DNA from: Candidatus Saccharimonadia bacterium
Lineage (GTDB): Bacteria > Patescibacteriota > Saccharimonadia > CAILAD01 > CAZGYV01
DNA: 64,000 nt
NCBI GenBank assembly: GCA_041906885.1
Contig: JAYRII010000014.1
Location: 74,059 to 138,058, forward strand
Reading direction: 5' to 3'
Notes under the pieces: model-generated
The model's input: the letters and a program-made list of their open reading frames with translations, nothing else
Database searches by the model: none
What the model was told of the DNA's origin: nothing
Translations under genes and position numbers: made by a program
In this document: piece after piece, positions 22,144 through 31,152 of the stretch
How positions within the stretch are numbered: position 1 is the first letter of the stretch
Layout: each line of letters begins with the position of its first letter

Positions 22144-23331
22144 TTAATTAAAATCCCATTTACATTTATTATTTATTATTCCATAGCCTGGATTGTCACT
22201 AATGTGTAAAGTCGATGCATTTTCCAGAAAATCGTAAGGAATGGTGTTTTTTTCGTTAAATACACTGATTACAATGCTGTACTCACCATTTGTGATATTA
22301 AGTGGTTCAAAATTACAAATTACATCACCATTATTTTTTAATACAATAGGTGATTTTATGCTTTGATTTGTATTTGGTCCTACAATATTAACATCGCTTT
22401 CATTAAATATACCTATACCAAAAATACATTTTTTCTTTCCCGCAACGTTGTTGTAGTTGAATTCAATTTGGAATTTTTCATATGACGAAATTTTATTTGT
22501 TTTTTTACCTTTAGAATTATATATATTAACCTTATCTATAATTACTTCGTTTGTTCCCCTGTGCCAAGCTTTGCGCTCAACAGTCTTACTGCCACCGAGT
22601 AATAGGTTTTTGTAAAAATTTGTTACCTCTGTATTAGTACCAGTGCAAGCTATTTCACCAGATTCAATTGCAATCGATCTATCGCAATACCTTTTAATCG
22701 ATGCCATATCGTGTGAAATAAAAACTACTGTACGTTTACTTCTTTTTAATTCATCAAAATATCTAAGACATTTAGTCTGAAATGCTGCGTCACCAACCGC
22801 TAATACTTCATCTATCAGTAAAATATCACTTTTTGACTGTATTGCTATTGAAAATGCTAAACGTACCTGCATGCCCGATGAATAATTTTTAAGCTTTTGA
22901 TCCATAAACCGACTCAACTCAGAAAATTCAACTATTTTTTCATACATAGTACTTATTTCTTTTCTTCCAAATCCCAGAAGAGCACCATTTAAATAGACAT
23001 TTTCTTTTCCTGTTAATTCTGGGTTAAAGCCAACCCCAAGCTCTATAAAAGGAGTTAATTTGCCGTTTACATTGATTGTGCCACTACTTGGGTTATATAT
23101 TCCTGCTAATATCTTAAGCAAAGTACTTTTGCCACTACCATTTCGACCAACAATTCCAAAAAATTCACCCCCCTTAACATTAAATGAAATATCCTTTAAT
23201 ACGTGTTGGTTTTCAAAATGGCTATTTCTACTAAAAGGATTTATAATTATACCTTTGAGTGAATTAACTTTTTCATGCGGTAATCTAAATATTTTATTGA
23301 GATTTCTAACTTCAATGATTGGTTTTGTCAC
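22144..23331 (-). CDS. wzt: Polysaccharide ABC exporter ATP-binding subunit with C-terminal Wzt_C domain
   Basis: GRNGSGKST, YSSGMQVRLAF, DEVLAVGD and a C-terminal extension. Confidence 0.93.
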   Translation of the reverse strand: MTKPIIEVRNLNKIFRLPHEKVNSLKGIIINPFSRNSHFENQHVLKDISFNVKGGEFFGIVGRNGSGKSTLLKILAGIYNPSSGTINVNGKLTPFIELGVGFNPELTGKENVYLNGALLGFGRKEISTMYEKIVEFSELSRFMDQKLKNYSSGMQVRLAFSIAIQSKSDILLIDEVLAVGDAAFQTKCLRYFDELKRSKRTVVFISHDMASIKRYCDRSIAIESGEIACTGTNTEVTNFYKNLLLGGSKTVERKAWHRGTNEVIIDKVNIYNSKGKKTNKISSYEKFQIEFNYNNVAGKKKCIFGIGIFNESDVNIVGPNTNQSIKSPIVLKNNGDVICNFEPLNITNGEYSIVISVFNEKNTIPYDFLENASTLHISDNPGYGIINNKCKWDFN

Positions 23332-24143
23332 TATATGTTCTCCGCAAAATAGATAGATTCTTTTTTAAAGTAATATATGCCCGAAGCAAGTGTTAATAAG
23401 ACAATTATCAATGGAACAATAAAGAATAAATTGTCACCATATACTCTGCTGAAGGTGATAGTCTCTTTCGATACCATTACATACCTACTCCCTTGAACTG
23501 CTTGTGCAATAGGGTTTAAAAGTATTATTTTTTGCATCCATGCTTGCTTTACTAGAGAAAGTGGGTAAATTATTGGGGTTAAATAAAAAAGTCCTTGAAG
23601 ATTTATCTCCCATATATAACTTATGTCCCGGTATTTTACATACAAAGCTGAAAGCCACAACGATATTCCCAATGAAAATATATACATCTCCATAATAAAT
23701 ATTGGTAAAAACAGAATTGATAGTGACGGCGTGACTTTATTGAGAATCATGAACAGGGCAACAATTATTAAGTTTAAACCAAAATTTATTAACGCAGAAA
23801 TACTAACTGACACAATAATAATCCAAAGAGGAATCTTTATTTTTCTAATTAAATCTCCACGCCCAACGATTGATGAAGTGCTTTGCGATGTAATTTCAGC
23901 AAAAAAAGTCCAAATAACTATTCCAAGAAGTAGGTAGACTGGGTAGTGGGGTATGGATCCCCCTAATTTTAAAAACTTAACAAATACCACATACAGTATT
24001 AAGAATAAAAACAAAGGTCTTAATAATGACCAGGCGTATCCCAATATAGAGTTTTGGTATCTTAGCTTAAAGTCTGTACGGACTAACTCTTTTAATAGTA
24101 CTACGTTTTTCTTTGAAAAAATGTTATTTAGACTTGCCATCAA
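23331..24143 (-). CDS. wzm: Polysaccharide ABC exporter permease
   Basis: DFKLRYQNSILGYAWSLL, YRDI, YLTPIIYP, LNP. Confidence 0.93.
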   Translation of the reverse strand: MMASLNNIFSKKNVVLLKELVRTDFKLRYQNSILGYAWSLLRPLFLFLILYVVFVKFLKLGGSIPHYPVYLLLGIVIWTFFAEITSQSTSSIVGRGDLIRKIKIPLWIIIVSVSISALINFGLNLIIVALFMILNKVTPSLSILFLPIFIMEMYIFSLGISLWLSALYVKYRDISYIWEINLQGLFYLTPIIYPLSLVKQAWMQKIILLNPIAQAVQGSRYVMVSKETITFSRVYGDNLFFIVPLIIVLLTLASGIYYFKKESIYFAENI

Positions 24144-24252
24144 GTATAAAGTTTACAATATTACTTCTATTATTTCTAGATTATGATTATTGGATCTGTC
24201 AAAGCACACGGAACAAACACTCTTAAAAGTAAGGTTGACTGTCTTTAAATAG

Positions 24253-24693
24253 GTACGAGAAGTTAACTCGAGCTTCAAATTCTATCAGGAGCTGTGGCAA
24301 GGGGTTCATCCGAATTTGTCCATTCATCCTATTGATGACTTTGGCAAAGAGTGGCTGAAAGAAGAAAAAGTATTAAAAACTCTAGTACAAAAAGAAGACA
24401 AAGCAATTTATTTCATTGCGATTTGTAGTAATTCCAAACCACCTAAACTCGGGCAAATTAATGTAATTGCTGAAGCTTGGAGCGACAAAAATGTCTATAA
24501 ACAAGATTTACAGAGACACAATATGTTACTACAGCTAAAAAAGGACATAAAAGAGAAAAATGAGAAGGTAAAAATATTAAATACCAGATTAGAACAATTA
24601 GAAACTCAGTACTCTATAGTGACAAGCTCTTTACTCTGGAAGATCACAAAGCCACTGCGTAGAGCAAGAAGAGCATTAAAAAATAAAAAATAA
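24253..24693 (+). pseudogene. 5'-truncated methyltransferase/coiled-coil protein relic
   Basis: YFIAICSN, coiled coil and SSLLWKITKPLR tail. The frame is open back to a TAG at ~24250, with no SAM-binding domain. Confidence 0.55.
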
Positions 24694-24721
24694 CAATCGG
24701 TTTAAATGATATAATACACCT

Positions 24722-25750
24722 ATGAAGCGACCGGCTGTGAGTATTGTCATCCTCAATTGGAATGGCATTGATTTGATAGATGAGTGTCTAGATTCATTAA
24801 GTGAGCAGTCATATAAAAACTTTGAGATAATATTGGTGGACAATGGTTCGACCGATGGTTCGTCAGAGTACATTGCAAAAAAATATCCCAATATAAATCT
24901 ATTACCACAAAGAAATAATTTAGGCTTTTCAGGCGGTGTGAATATTGGCATAAAAAATGCTAGGGGTAAATATATAGCCTTGCTAAACAATGATGCATTT
25001 GTTGATCCAGATTGGTTGATGAACTTAGTGAATGTGTTAGAGGATGACCCGGATGTAGCGATTTGTACGTCTAAGATTCTCGAACAAAACAAGCGCAACG
25101 ATAAATACAAGATAGATTCAACCGGGGATTATTATTCCATTTGGGGGTTGCCTTTTCCGCGTGGTAGGGGAGAGTGGGACAAAGGCCAGTATGACTCTAA
25201 AACTAATGTATTTGCTGCTTCTGGTGGTGCCTCTATATACCAGGCCAAACTTTTTAAAGAAATAGGTTTATTTGATGAAGAATTCTTTGCATATTATGAA
25301 GATGTTGATATATCGTTTAGGGCTAGATTGGCTGGACATGAGATTCGTTATGAGCCAAGCGCCATAGTGTACCACAAAATTGGTGCGACCTCCGGCGGTG
25401 GAAAATCTAGTTTTTCGAGATACCATAGTATTAAGAATACTTGGTATTGTTATCTAAAAAATTTACCGATGAAATTATTTTGGAAATATCTGCCCAGATT
25501 GATTTTTATTCAATTTTTGCAACTAATTTCCTCGATTAGAAACGGCTTATTATGGCCTCATGTCAAATCAACTATTAGAGCCATAATTATGACACCCAGT
25601 ATGCTAATTAAGCGGCACAATATTCAAAAAAATCGTAAAATTAATACGAGTAATTTAAATGATTGGCTAATTAAAACTATGCCCCCCTTGCAGCAAAAAT
25701 CGATGAAAAAATATTTTGGCAGGTTTTATAATAAAAGTAGGAAAGTATGA
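24722..25750 (+). CDS. GT2 glycosyltransferase (rhamnosyltransferase-like)
   Basis: VILNWNG, VDNGSTD, LLNNDA, YYEDVD. Confidence 0.92.
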   Translation: MKRPAVSIVILNWNGIDLIDECLDSLSEQSYKNFEIILVDNGSTDGSSEYIAKKYPNINLLPQRNNLGFSGGVNIGIKNARGKYIALLNNDAFVDPDWLMNLVNVLEDDPDVAICTSKILEQNKRNDKYKIDSTGDYYSIWGLPFPRGRGEWDKGQYDSKTNVFAASGGASIYQAKLFKEIGLFDEEFFAYYEDVDISFRARLAGHEIRYEPSAIVYHKIGATSGGGKSSFSRYHSIKNTWYCYLKNLPMKLFWKYLPRLIFIQFLQLISSIRNGLLWPHVKSTIRAIIMTPSMLIKRHNIQKNRKINTSNLNDWLIKTMPPLQQKSMKKYFGRFYNKSRKV

Positions 25751-26874
25751 AGCGCATAATAATCGATGGGCGCTGGATCAAGCAAACCGGTATAGGTCGC
25801 AATATCGAAGAGACTCTAAAAAGAATTTTAGAGCTGGACCATGACAATCACTACATCTTGCTGGTGCGCGACGAAGATAGGGTGGCCATCAGTCTTAGAG
25901 CGCCAAATTTGGAGTTGGTGAGTGCAAATATCACCTGGTATACCATGCGTGAACAGACTAAATTACTTAAGCTTATCCAAAGCCTCAAGCCCGATCTGGT
26001 GCATTTTACTAACTTCAATTTGCCGGTTCTCTATCGCGGTCGTTTTGTCGTCACGATTCACGACCTGACGCTATTGAGGTTCAAAAACATCAATGCGTCA
26101 AAGCATTCCAGGCCTGTTTATCACGTCCGCGACGCGGTTATGAGAAGTGTGCTCAGGCGGTCTATAAAAGGCTCTAGGGCTATCATCACACCGAGTGAGT
26201 TTGTAAAAAATGAAGTCATCGAAAAATACCACATCAAAAGAAGCAAGGTTACTACCATTTATGAAGCGGCACGTGATCCCTACCAGAGAGCCAGTATCAA
26301 TTTGCAAAAACACGGCATCGTCAAGCCATACTTGCTTTATGTTGGCAATGCTTATCCATATAAAAATCTCGAACGGTTGATCTTGGCTTTTGGCAAGCTT
26401 ATGACTGAATATATGTTGGATTTTCAGCTCGTAATAGCTGGCAAGAAAGATACTTTTCACGCTGTCCTCGAGAAGGAAGTGCACGGCGCTAAGCTTGAGG
26501 ACCGAGTTATTTTTACAGGCTATGTCACCGATCGTGAACTAGCAGGACTATATAAAGGTGCAGCAATCTATGTCTTCGCGTCGCTTTCTGAGGGCTTTGG
26601 CTTGCCAGCACTCGAGGCGATGAGCTACGGCTTGCCGGTCGCTAGCTCTGATGCTACTTGCTTGCCAGAAATCATTGGTGATGCCGCCGAGTTTTTTAAC
26701 CCCAAAGATGTTAATGACATGGCTCGGGTCATGGCGGCACTTTTGGCCGATTCTACTAGGAGAGAGCAGCTTGTACAGCTGGGCTTAAAGCGAACGAGAG
26801 ATTTTAGCTGGGAAAAGTCGGCTCAGGCCACCCTAGAAGTCTACCAAAAAGCTATGCGTGGCCCAAAAAACTAG
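25747..26874 (+). CDS. GT4 glycosyltransferase (mannosyltransferase-like)
   Basis: TIHDL, KNLERLI, EGFGLPALEAM, FSWEKSA. Confidence 0.93.
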   Translation: MKRIIIDGRWIKQTGIGRNIEETLKRILELDHDNHYILLVRDEDRVAISLRAPNLELVSANITWYTMREQTKLLKLIQSLKPDLVHFTNFNLPVLYRGRFVVTIHDLTLLRFKNINASKHSRPVYHVRDAVMRSVLRRSIKGSRAIITPSEFVKNEVIEKYHIKRSKVTTIYEAARDPYQRASINLQKHGIVKPYLLYVGNAYPYKNLERLILAFGKLMTEYMLDFQLVIAGKKDTFHAVLEKEVHGAKLEDRVIFTGYVTDRELAGLYKGAAIYVFASLSEGFGLPALEAMSYGLPVASSDATCLPEIIGDAAEFFNPKDVNDMARVMAALLADSTRREQLVQLGLKRTRDFSWEKSAQATLEVYQKAMRGPKN

Positions 26875-26890
26875 CAGTCATTGGACAACA

Positions 26891-27952
26891 TTATTGCTCG
26901 CCATTATTGGTGTTGTTATCTTGAATAACTTTTTTAATAGCTTGCCACATCTCGGAGTGGCCATGTCGCATTTTCTGATCATACCACCACTCTGAGCCCC
27001 AGAGGTCGAACTCCTTAATCTTGGTCGAACGGGCGAAGGCAATTATTTCATCCAGATATGTTGGATTCATCGATTTGAGTGATTCTTCGTAGCTGAGTTT
27101 CTCATTACCAACTGGGCCCCAGGCTTCGGCTTGCAGCTCATGAATTTTTATTTTTTGATGCCAGAATAGACTAATCATGGCACCACGCCACCAGTTGTAG
27201 GCACCCGGGTGGATGTATTTGAAGTAGCCAAGCTGCGGGTTCCAGACTCTTTTGTAGACCGAGAAGCCATATATATCTGCCATTGGGCCGAGCACGGGCA
27301 GACCGTAATTATTACTGGCACTTATGAGTACTGGGCGTTTGCTGTCGATCGCTTTGAGCGCTTTGAGCTCAGCGGACAGTTGTTTGCGGGTGAGATTTTG
27401 GCGCGGACACTCACCAAAGACTTTGAGCAAAAATTCATTTTCGAGCTGCCAATTAGTCAGACCCGGATTGTCTTTAAAGTGCTCAGTGGTCGCTCGTACG
27501 AAGTTAGTCGCGGCCGCTCCAGTCTCGCCGGGATTGTTTTTATTTAGCCAAGTAGGGTAGAAACACTCTGGCCAACGGATGACTTTTTGGCCCACTACGA
27601 GGGTAACTTGAGTATCGCGAACACGAGCTTTTTCTAGCATCCAATCGATCTCAGAGAAGTCATATTGACCGGGCGTCTTCTCAATTCGATCCCAGTATGT
27701 TGCAATACGTATATGCTTAGGCTGTAAATCATCCAAGATAGCTTCATAGTTTTTACGCCAATCTTGGCCGAAGCGCTCGGCTTGGACTTGCGAAAAGCTG
27801 ACACCGATAACCTCTTTGTCTTGAGCGTAGAGACGGGCAAATCGCCACATCGCCAGGGTGCTAAAAATAATTAGCAGCATTAGGATTGTCAGGGTTGCGA
27901 GGCCGGCAATCTTTAGGTACCGGAGTTTTTTTGAATGCTTCTTTTGCTTCAT
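26891..27952 (-). CDS. Membrane-anchored glycoside hydrolase (TIM-barrel, clan A-like)
   Basis: GVSFS, YWDRIE, RWPEC, WQLENE, ELQAEAW, LWGSEWW. Confidence 0.75.
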   Translation of the reverse strand: MKQKKHSKKLRYLKIAGLATLTILMLLIIFSTLAMWRFARLYAQDKEVIGVSFSQVQAERFGQDWRKNYEAILDDLQPKHIRIATYWDRIEKTPGQYDFSEIDWMLEKARVRDTQVTLVVGQKVIRWPECFYPTWLNKNNPGETGAAATNFVRATTEHFKDNPGLTNWQLENEFLLKVFGECPRQNLTRKQLSAELKALKAIDSKRPVLISASNNYGLPVLGPMADIYGFSVYKRVWNPQLGYFKYIHPGAYNWWRGAMISLFWHQKIKIHELQAEAWGPVGNEKLSYEESLKSMNPTYLDEIIAFARSTKIKEFDLWGSEWWYDQKMRHGHSEMWQAIKKVIQDNNTNNGEQ

Positions 27953-28131
27953 CGCTTAGCTATCAAGACTATAAGAAGAGCAATGGTGATTATCAGTGCT
28001 ATTGCTATGATTGGCCAATTGATTTGGCGGCGAGCTTTAGGAGCCAAGGCCTCCCCGGCATTTTTGAGGCGTTGTCTGGGGGGCAAGCTGGGGCTGATCT
28101 CGTATTTTTTTAGTGGGTCGGTAGACTTCAC
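27949..28131 (-). CDS. Small hypothetical protein with C-terminal TM helix
   Basis: 60-aa ORF whose stop overlaps the start of the downstream hydrolase (ATGA). Confidence 0.55.
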   Translation of the reverse strand: MKSTDPLKKYEISPSLPPRQRLKNAGEALAPKARRQINWPIIAIALIITIALLIVLIAKR

Positions 28132-28300
28132 GCTTTTATTGTAAACTTTTAGGCTTGGTAAGCAAAGCGAGGGACTTATGATTGACTTTTGTGCCTAGCA
28201 CTCGGTATAATCACCTGGTACTACTCGTTTTAAAACGTAGTTCGCCGGCTGACGGACTACATGCAAGTTGAAAGTAGCTGGCCTATGGCCAGAGACTTTT

Positions 28301-28357
28301 ATTCCGGCGTAGCTCTCCGGCAGCTGCCGGAGGTAGAGCAGCCTAACATTCCGGAAT
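28301..28357 (+). pseudogene. Partial tRNA-Asn 5' copy with a 16-bp palindrome in the D-loop
   Basis: TCCGGCGTAGCTC-[TCCGGCAGCTGCCGGA]-GGTAGAGCAGC versus tRNA TCCGGCGTAGCTC-AGT-GGTAGAGCAGC. Confidence 0.75.
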
Positions 28358-28364
28358 ATATCAA

Positions 28365-28439
28365 TCCGGCGTAGCTCAGTGGTAGAGCAGCGCGCTGTTA
28401 ACGCGTTGGTCGTCAGTTCGAATCTGACCGCCGGAGCCA
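28365..28439 (+). tRNA. tRNA-Asn (GTT)
   Basis: Full cloverleaf: TCCGGCG/CGCCGGA acceptor stem, anticodon arm CGCG-CTGTTAA-CGCG, GTTCGAAT T-loop, encoded CCA. Confidence 0.98.
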
Positions 28440-28611
28440 TACAAATGCCCTGAGCAAAAGCTCGGGGCATTTGTATTATTCTGGCCATCTGATGAGAACT
28501 GAAAATTCGGTGGAGCGAGGCGCGCAGGTAAAATAGCAAACGTGTTTGCATATTTTCCGAGCACCGAGTGGAGGTGGCGCTCAAGCGCCACCATCTGACC
28601 GCCTTAAGCCA
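28440..28611 (+). repeat. tRNA-linked structured repeat, unit 1
   Basis: Terminator-like hairpin, GATGAGA, CGCAG-hairpin-CGAGCAC, hairpin, ends ATCTGACCGCCTTAAGCCA (tRNA 3' end-like). Confidence 0.8.
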
Positions 28612-28777
28612 TCTAAAAAGTCCGAGCTTCTGCTCGGGCTTTTTAGATTGTTTGATGATGAGATTTGAACTGGTACTTGCGGAAGCAAGTCAGTTCGGCG
28701 TGGCGAAAGCTGCCCGCAGAAGCTAGCTTCGAGCACGGCGATTGAACTAGCTTGCTACACATCTGAGCCTTAAGCCA
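28612..28777 (+). repeat. tRNA-linked structured repeat, unit 2
   Basis: TCTAAAAAGTCCG...CGGGCTTTTTAGA hairpin, GATGAGATTTGAACT..AGTTCG, CGCAGAAG..CTTCGAGCACGGCGA, ends ATCTGAGCCTTAAGCCA. Confidence 0.88.
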
Positions 28778-28826
28778 AGTACTTATGCTTAAGACCCGCG
28801 AGGGTCTTTTATGTTAGGATTAATGT

Positions 28827-29696
28827 ATGTTTCTCGAAAGCAAAGACATTGAAGCACATTGGCCACTGACTGACGTAAGGCTTGGTTCAATATTAAAGAA
28901 AACTGACGGCAACCGATCGGTCTTCGTCATTGATTCCAATGAAGGTAAATATATTTGCAAGATAGCCGATGAATGGAAAACGCCAGAAGTTCTTAAAAAA
29001 GACTTGCTCGCTTATGAATTGTTACCAGCAAGGAACTTCCATCATATCTCTAAGTTACTGAAAACGAATAATAACCAACTCTACCTCGAAGTTACGGGAA
29101 AAAACGTATATCTTCTCGAATATGTGGAAGGTGAGAATCCCATATCCAGTCAAATAACATACACAAAACTCGGTGGCATTATTGCAGAGCTACATTCGAT
29201 CATGGATTACCCGTATCCAACCCAATTTCAGCCACAAGCTATCATTCAAAACGATTTACCAAGCTTAGTTCGGGATCAGTCATTTAAAGCCGAGTATATG
29301 GATATTGTCCAGTCATTGCCTGACTTCAATGCTTTACCGACTACATTGATTCATACCGATGTTGCTCCAGTAAATGCTATAGAAAAGTCTGATGGTGAAA
29401 TAATATTAATCGATTGGGATGATGTGGGAGTTGGAGTACGAATTTTGGATATTGCTTTTCCATTGATTCAACAATTTATTTCCGAGGAATGTGAGTTTAA
29501 TGTAACCATTGCAAAAGCATTCTATAATGCTTATAAAGCAAAGATTCAACTAACTGATAAAGAATTAGATAGAATCTTTGATGCAGCACTTTTCATTGCG
29601 CTAATGTATATCATTTATGGCAATATAGAAAAACGATGGAACAGGATTCAGTGGTCGTTGAAAAACCGAAGCACCTTAGAGCAAGTTTTTAGATAA
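28827..29696 (+). CDS. Aminoglycoside phosphotransferase / type II homoserine kinase-like protein
   Basis: IAELH, LIHTDVAPVN, LIDWDD, DIA motifs. Confidence 0.85.
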   Translation: MFLESKDIEAHWPLTDVRLGSILKKTDGNRSVFVIDSNEGKYICKIADEWKTPEVLKKDLLAYELLPARNFHHISKLLKTNNNQLYLEVTGKNVYLLEYVEGENPISSQITYTKLGGIIAELHSIMDYPYPTQFQPQAIIQNDLPSLVRDQSFKAEYMDIVQSLPDFNALPTTLIHTDVAPVNAIEKSDGEIILIDWDDVGVGVRILDIAFPLIQQFISEECEFNVTIAKAFYNAYKAKIQLTDKELDRIFDAALFIALMYIIYGNIEKRWNRIQWSLKNRSTLEQVFR

Positions 29697-29729
29697 TACA
29701 GTTCCAACCTCCACTATCACATAGAGCCA

Positions 29730-29891
29730 TCTAAAAAGTCCGTGCTTGTCTCGGGCTTTTTAGATTGTTTGATGATGAGATTTGAACTGAAACCGCGAAA
29801 CGGTCAGTTCGCTGTGATTGAGCACGTGCGCAGAAGTTTACTTCGAGCACGGCGATTGAACTAGCTTACTACATCTGAGAAGCCGGAGCCA
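29730..29891 (+). repeat. tRNA-linked structured repeat, unit 3
   Basis: Close copy of unit 2 with different hairpin sequences; ends ATCTGAGAAGCCGGAGCCA. Confidence 0.88.
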
Positions 29892-29915
29892 GCTTCTCCT
29901 CCGTCTTATAGTCAG

Positions 29916-30010
29916 TTGACAATGAATCTGCTCATAAAAAAACATCACTTGACAACTTAGTTGACAACAAAAAAATGTAAGTTGACAATTAGTTTATAAT
30001 AGCCTATAAT
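29916..30010 (+). promoter_or_regulatory. Consensus sigma70 promoter with upstream TTGACAA direct repeats
   Basis: TTGACA(29982)-N17-TATAAT(30005); further TTGACAA at 29916, 29949 and 29961. Confidence 0.8.
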
Positions 30011-30017
30011 CAGTGCC

Positions 30018-31070
30018 ATGAAGTTAGAAGAACAAATACTTAAACTGGCCGAAGAGAATAAGCGGATTACCGCTGCCCAGATCAAAGAATCTGCTGGGGT
30101 GTCAAGGCAGTACATAAATGTTTTGATCAACAAGCTGATTTCTGAGGGTAAACTTTTGAAAGGTGGCTCCACCTCTGATGCTTTTTATGTACTTCCTAAA
30201 AATATCAATCTAGTAACTGCCCAAACTAGAATATCTCGTAGGCTTAATAATCACGACCTGAAAGAGCACGAGGTTCTTGATGATTTAACTCAGCAAGCAC
30301 TTTTCTACTCTAGTCTAAAAGATAATATTAAGGCTATTTTTAACTATGCTTTTTCTGAGATGCTAAATAACGCAATTGATCACTCAAAGTCTAAAACCAT
30401 TCAGGCCGAAGTGCTTAAAGACAAAGAAAATCTTACCTTTGTTATAAATGATGTTGGGATCGGTGTGTTTAAGAATGTCATGCAAAAAAGAGGCTTGGCA
30501 AGCGAACTCGAAGCTATTCAAGATCTATTAAAAGGAAAGACCACCACACAACCCCAAGCTCACTCTGGAGAAGGTATCTTTTTTACTTCTAAAGTGGCAG
30601 ATGTATTTAAACTCCAAAGCTTTGATTTTGAGCTAGTCATAGACAACAAGATTGATGATATTTTCATAATTCCGTTAAAGCCATCGAAGCGGGGTACAAA
30701 GGTTATTTTTTCGATAGCACTTAACTCTAAAACTCATATAAGTGATACCTTCAAGCAGTTTCAGTCGTCTCCAGAGGTGATGGCTTTCGATAAAACTGAA
30801 GTCCAGATAAAGCTTTACACAATGGGGACGATCCATATTTCAAGGTCGCAGGCTCGAAGAGTGCTGTCGGGACTAGATAAGTTTTCTTCAATTATCTTAG
30901 ATTTTGAAGGTGTTCCAACGGCTGGGCAGGGCTTCTCAGATGAAATATTTAGGGTTTTCCAAAGTAAGCATCCTAACATAGCTATAAAGCCAATCAATAT
31001 GAACGATGCCGTAAAATTTATGATTGAGCGAGTGGAAAGGCCTAATCCACAACTAGGCTTAGGCGCGTAG
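30018..31070 (+). CDS. wHTH + HATPase_c + STAS-like (DUF4325) protein
   Basis: GVSRQYIN HTH, EMLNNAIDHS, DVGIG, HSGEGIFFTS, SRSQARR, GQGFSDEIFR. Confidence 0.85.
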   Translation: MKLEEQILKLAEENKRITAAQIKESAGVSRQYINVLINKLISEGKLLKGGSTSDAFYVLPKNINLVTAQTRISRRLNNHDLKEHEVLDDLTQQALFYSSLKDNIKAIFNYAFSEMLNNAIDHSKSKTIQAEVLKDKENLTFVINDVGIGVFKNVMQKRGLASELEAIQDLLKGKTTTQPQAHSGEGIFFTSKVADVFKLQSFDFELVIDNKIDDIFIIPLKPSKRGTKVIFSIALNSKTHISDTFKQFQSSPEVMAFDKTEVQIKLYTMGTIHISRSQARRVLSGLDKFSSIILDFEGVPTAGQGFSDEIFRVFQSKHPNIAIKPINMNDAVKFMIERVERPNPQLGLGA

Positions 31071-31152
31071 TTGCATTAGCATAGTTCGAGCCTGTCTGCC
31101 TTATGCCAGTGCGAGCACAAAAAGACTTCAGCTCTTTGATATAATTACTGAT

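Noticed and set aside
28195-28594. ORF-track proteins of 129 aa and 72 aa
   Set aside because: Antisense shadows of the tRNA and repeat unit 1.
28440-29891. tRNA-linked repeats as a CRISPR array
   Set aside because: Units are ~165 bp, imperfect, not separated by uniform spacers, and no cas genes are present.
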